Assembly (NCBI GenBank): GCA_030141605.1
Contig: JAQGDQ010000389.1
Span: 15,653 to 79,652, forward strand
Source of the DNA: Tubiluchus corallicola
Lineage: Eukaryota; Animalia; Priapulida
Direction: 5' to 3'
Length of the DNA stretch: 64,000 nucleotides
Notes under the pieces: model-generated
Database searches by the model: none
Seen by the model: only the letters and a program-made list of their open reading frames with translations
Told to the model about the DNA's origin: nothing
In this document: in pieces, positions 61,658 to 64,000 of the stretch
Layout of the letters: every line of letters starts with the position of its first letter
Position numbering within the stretch: position 1 is the stretch's first letter
Program-made: the position numbers and the translations under genes

Positions 61658-64000
61658 TTAGCAAACACCAGTAGAATGGCGAACTCGAATGTTTTATGTT
61701 TACCCTTAATGTGTACTAATGAGATAAAACACAGTTGGTTACCTATACTTTGGACGCAATGTCATAGCGTCCTCTAAGCCATAAGCAGTTGCAGTAAACA
61801 ATAAACCGCCAGATTTAGTAAAAGCATTACTATTATTCCACACAATATTTTTATCTAAAAGTATCAAAAGTATTTCTTTATACTGCCTAGAACAGCTTAA
61901 TTAAAAACTAAGAAGCAGCAAATACCAGTAGAATGGCTACTGCTGCAGTGAGTGACATCTTACTTCTGGATCTGACGCCTGCTTAAAACTTTGTCGTTGA
62001 TCTGTGACTACTATAATTTTGTTAATAGGACGGCCGCCTTTTTATAGCAGTCTCAACAACTGTGCCTGAGAGCGGAAATTTACCAAAACTTTACCTGTCA
62101 ATCAAACGATAAGAACCTACGCAGGTGAAAATGAAGACATTAGGAAAAGGTCGGGCTAATAATAGTTTCTTTGGCAAATAAGCGAAACACAAGTCATCTT
62201 CTCACGCACTGGGCTAGGTCTTTAGGTCTTTATTTTCATCATAATCTGATCGTGAATGACACTTAACAAACCTGCTTGACTGCTTAAACGCAAAGAGTTC
62301 AAGGACATTACTTAGCGTAAATTCCCGATGTACATGCAGTGAGTGTGTGTTAGTGTGAATGATTAATAGTAGTAGTAGAGAACGCAAAATAACCTTGGCT
62401 TTGTAAAAAAAAGTCAGCTCACATTTATTCTAGTGTAATTTACACTAAGCTAATGAACAGGCAGTTGCAATCACTTTGTTTAAGCGAGTGAGTCTAAATA
62501 CAGTTTTCGAATGCTCTTCTTAATGTGGGACCACTTAAGCTTGGGCATGTTGTTGTTGGTGGTGGGAGTGGTGTTGCTGCCATTGTTGCTACTGCTGCTG
62601 TTGCTGTCTGGTATGCTGTTTTGTTGCCGTTGCTGTCATTGTTGATTTTGTTGCCACATTTATCTTTGAAAGTTATAGGGTGAATGGGGGAAATTTTGTG
62701 TATGAAAAAAATATTCTGCTTTGGGATAAAAAACGAATTTTCTTTTCACTGAAACAGGAATGCCGAACAGCAAAAACCTGAAGCAGTCAAATAAAAACGC
62801 TTCGACAGGACTAAATCAATGGTATTAGTTATGTCCAGATTGGATTACCTTTTACCTCACCATGAGGGAAAAACGTACGCTGTGTGTCATAGAGACAAAT
62901 AGGCCTGCTTCTTGAATTGAAATGTAGTTGATTGCAACGCATCAGATGAAAGATCTCCATGAGGCGGACTGAGTGGTAAAACTTGAAAGGAGATTGATTA
63001 GTTGATCTTTGACACTTGCCTGCAGATTGGCTATGCTTTGGTTTGGTAACCAAACAAGGCAAATTCAATAAACTCAAAATGATGGCTTTCAAACAAAAAT
63101 GCTTACGACATTTCATGATCAAACACTGTAAATGTTCTTTGCAAAGAATGATTGTCAACTTGTTTGTTTTTAAACTTAGTTTGATTTTATTCACAATAAT
63201 ATTACCGAACTAATATCATTGACTTCATAAATTACTTTATGAACAAATACTGAATAAATGGCAATAAAGCGAAGCTCTTACGTACCAACTCTGGTTTAAT
63301 GCAAACGTAATCCATTTTGTGGATTTTGCCCTAGGGAAAAACTTATGTGCTTATTAAAAAGTTAATATTTGCCCTTCGCAAGCTGTCAGGCTCTCATGTG
63401 CTAAAGCTAAAACGGAATGGAAATGGAATTTTTTAGTGTATCGATAATAAACCTTTTTGCAGTTACAGCGATTGATGTTGATTGAGAAAAGGTCAAAGGT
63501 TTAGACGTGTACCTTACAAATCATTTATGTACACTTGACAACACCTAGCATTCTAAGCTTTTGTGATAGTAACAGTTTTAACAGCTGGCTAGAACCTTGC
63601 CTTGTTCACTTTTTCTTGTTCCCAAGCAGGATCCTGCTATTAAATTACTCTACGCACAGACTAATGCATAATTAGGCAAAGTCCACTTAAAAGTACAGAA
63701 GTAACTGAACTGACAAAGGCAGACGGCTTTCCTTTACCCACATGTCATGTGACAGTTATAGTTAAAACAGTGCAAAAAACTCGTGACTTACAGCAATAGC
63801 AAAGGCTTACAATGTCCACGCCAAAAGTCACAACGTATTTAAATGTACTATAATATAGACGAATAAAGCCACTAAGCCACTAAGCCACTAAGCCACTGTG
63901 TGGATGACACATTCTTGCAGCATAAGGTGATGTAGACGACTGTTAGCATTTTATTCTCAATGCTTTAGCGAAGCGTCTATAAGTTTCCAAATCTTTAATT

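Overview
AT-rich, intron- and repeat-rich animal (probably invertebrate) genomic DNA. All gene models were built by hand from splice signals and phase continuity. (1) The 5' part of a minus-strand gene with a Pro/Gly/Gln-rich N-terminus, possibly Sec24-like (exons 22235-22357, 3580-3752, 1042-1390; it runs off the left edge). (2) A plus-strand six-exon gene (29542-42374, ~410 aa) with a CARF (calcium-response factor)-type domain. It looks like a Mutator/MULE-type transposase that has lost its catalytic core. Its intron-4/exon-5 junction is amplified into a 47-copy, 102-bp tandem array: each unit is a 3' splice site plus 24 codons, almost always closed by an in-frame TAA, and only the last unit continues into the rest of the exon. 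(3) A convergent minus-strand gene (44577-55890, ~443 aa) encoding three Ig domains fused directly to a C1q domain (QREP/VIgL-like), with an unresolved 5' end. Also present: two inverted copies of a 5S-rRNA-headed SINE with an RTE-like body and clear TSDs, a decayed RTE LINE, a gag fragment, Kolobok-, hAT- and Tc1/mariner-like MITEs (one nested), a tRNA-like element and many mini/microsatellites. Family assignments come from remembered motifs, not database searches.
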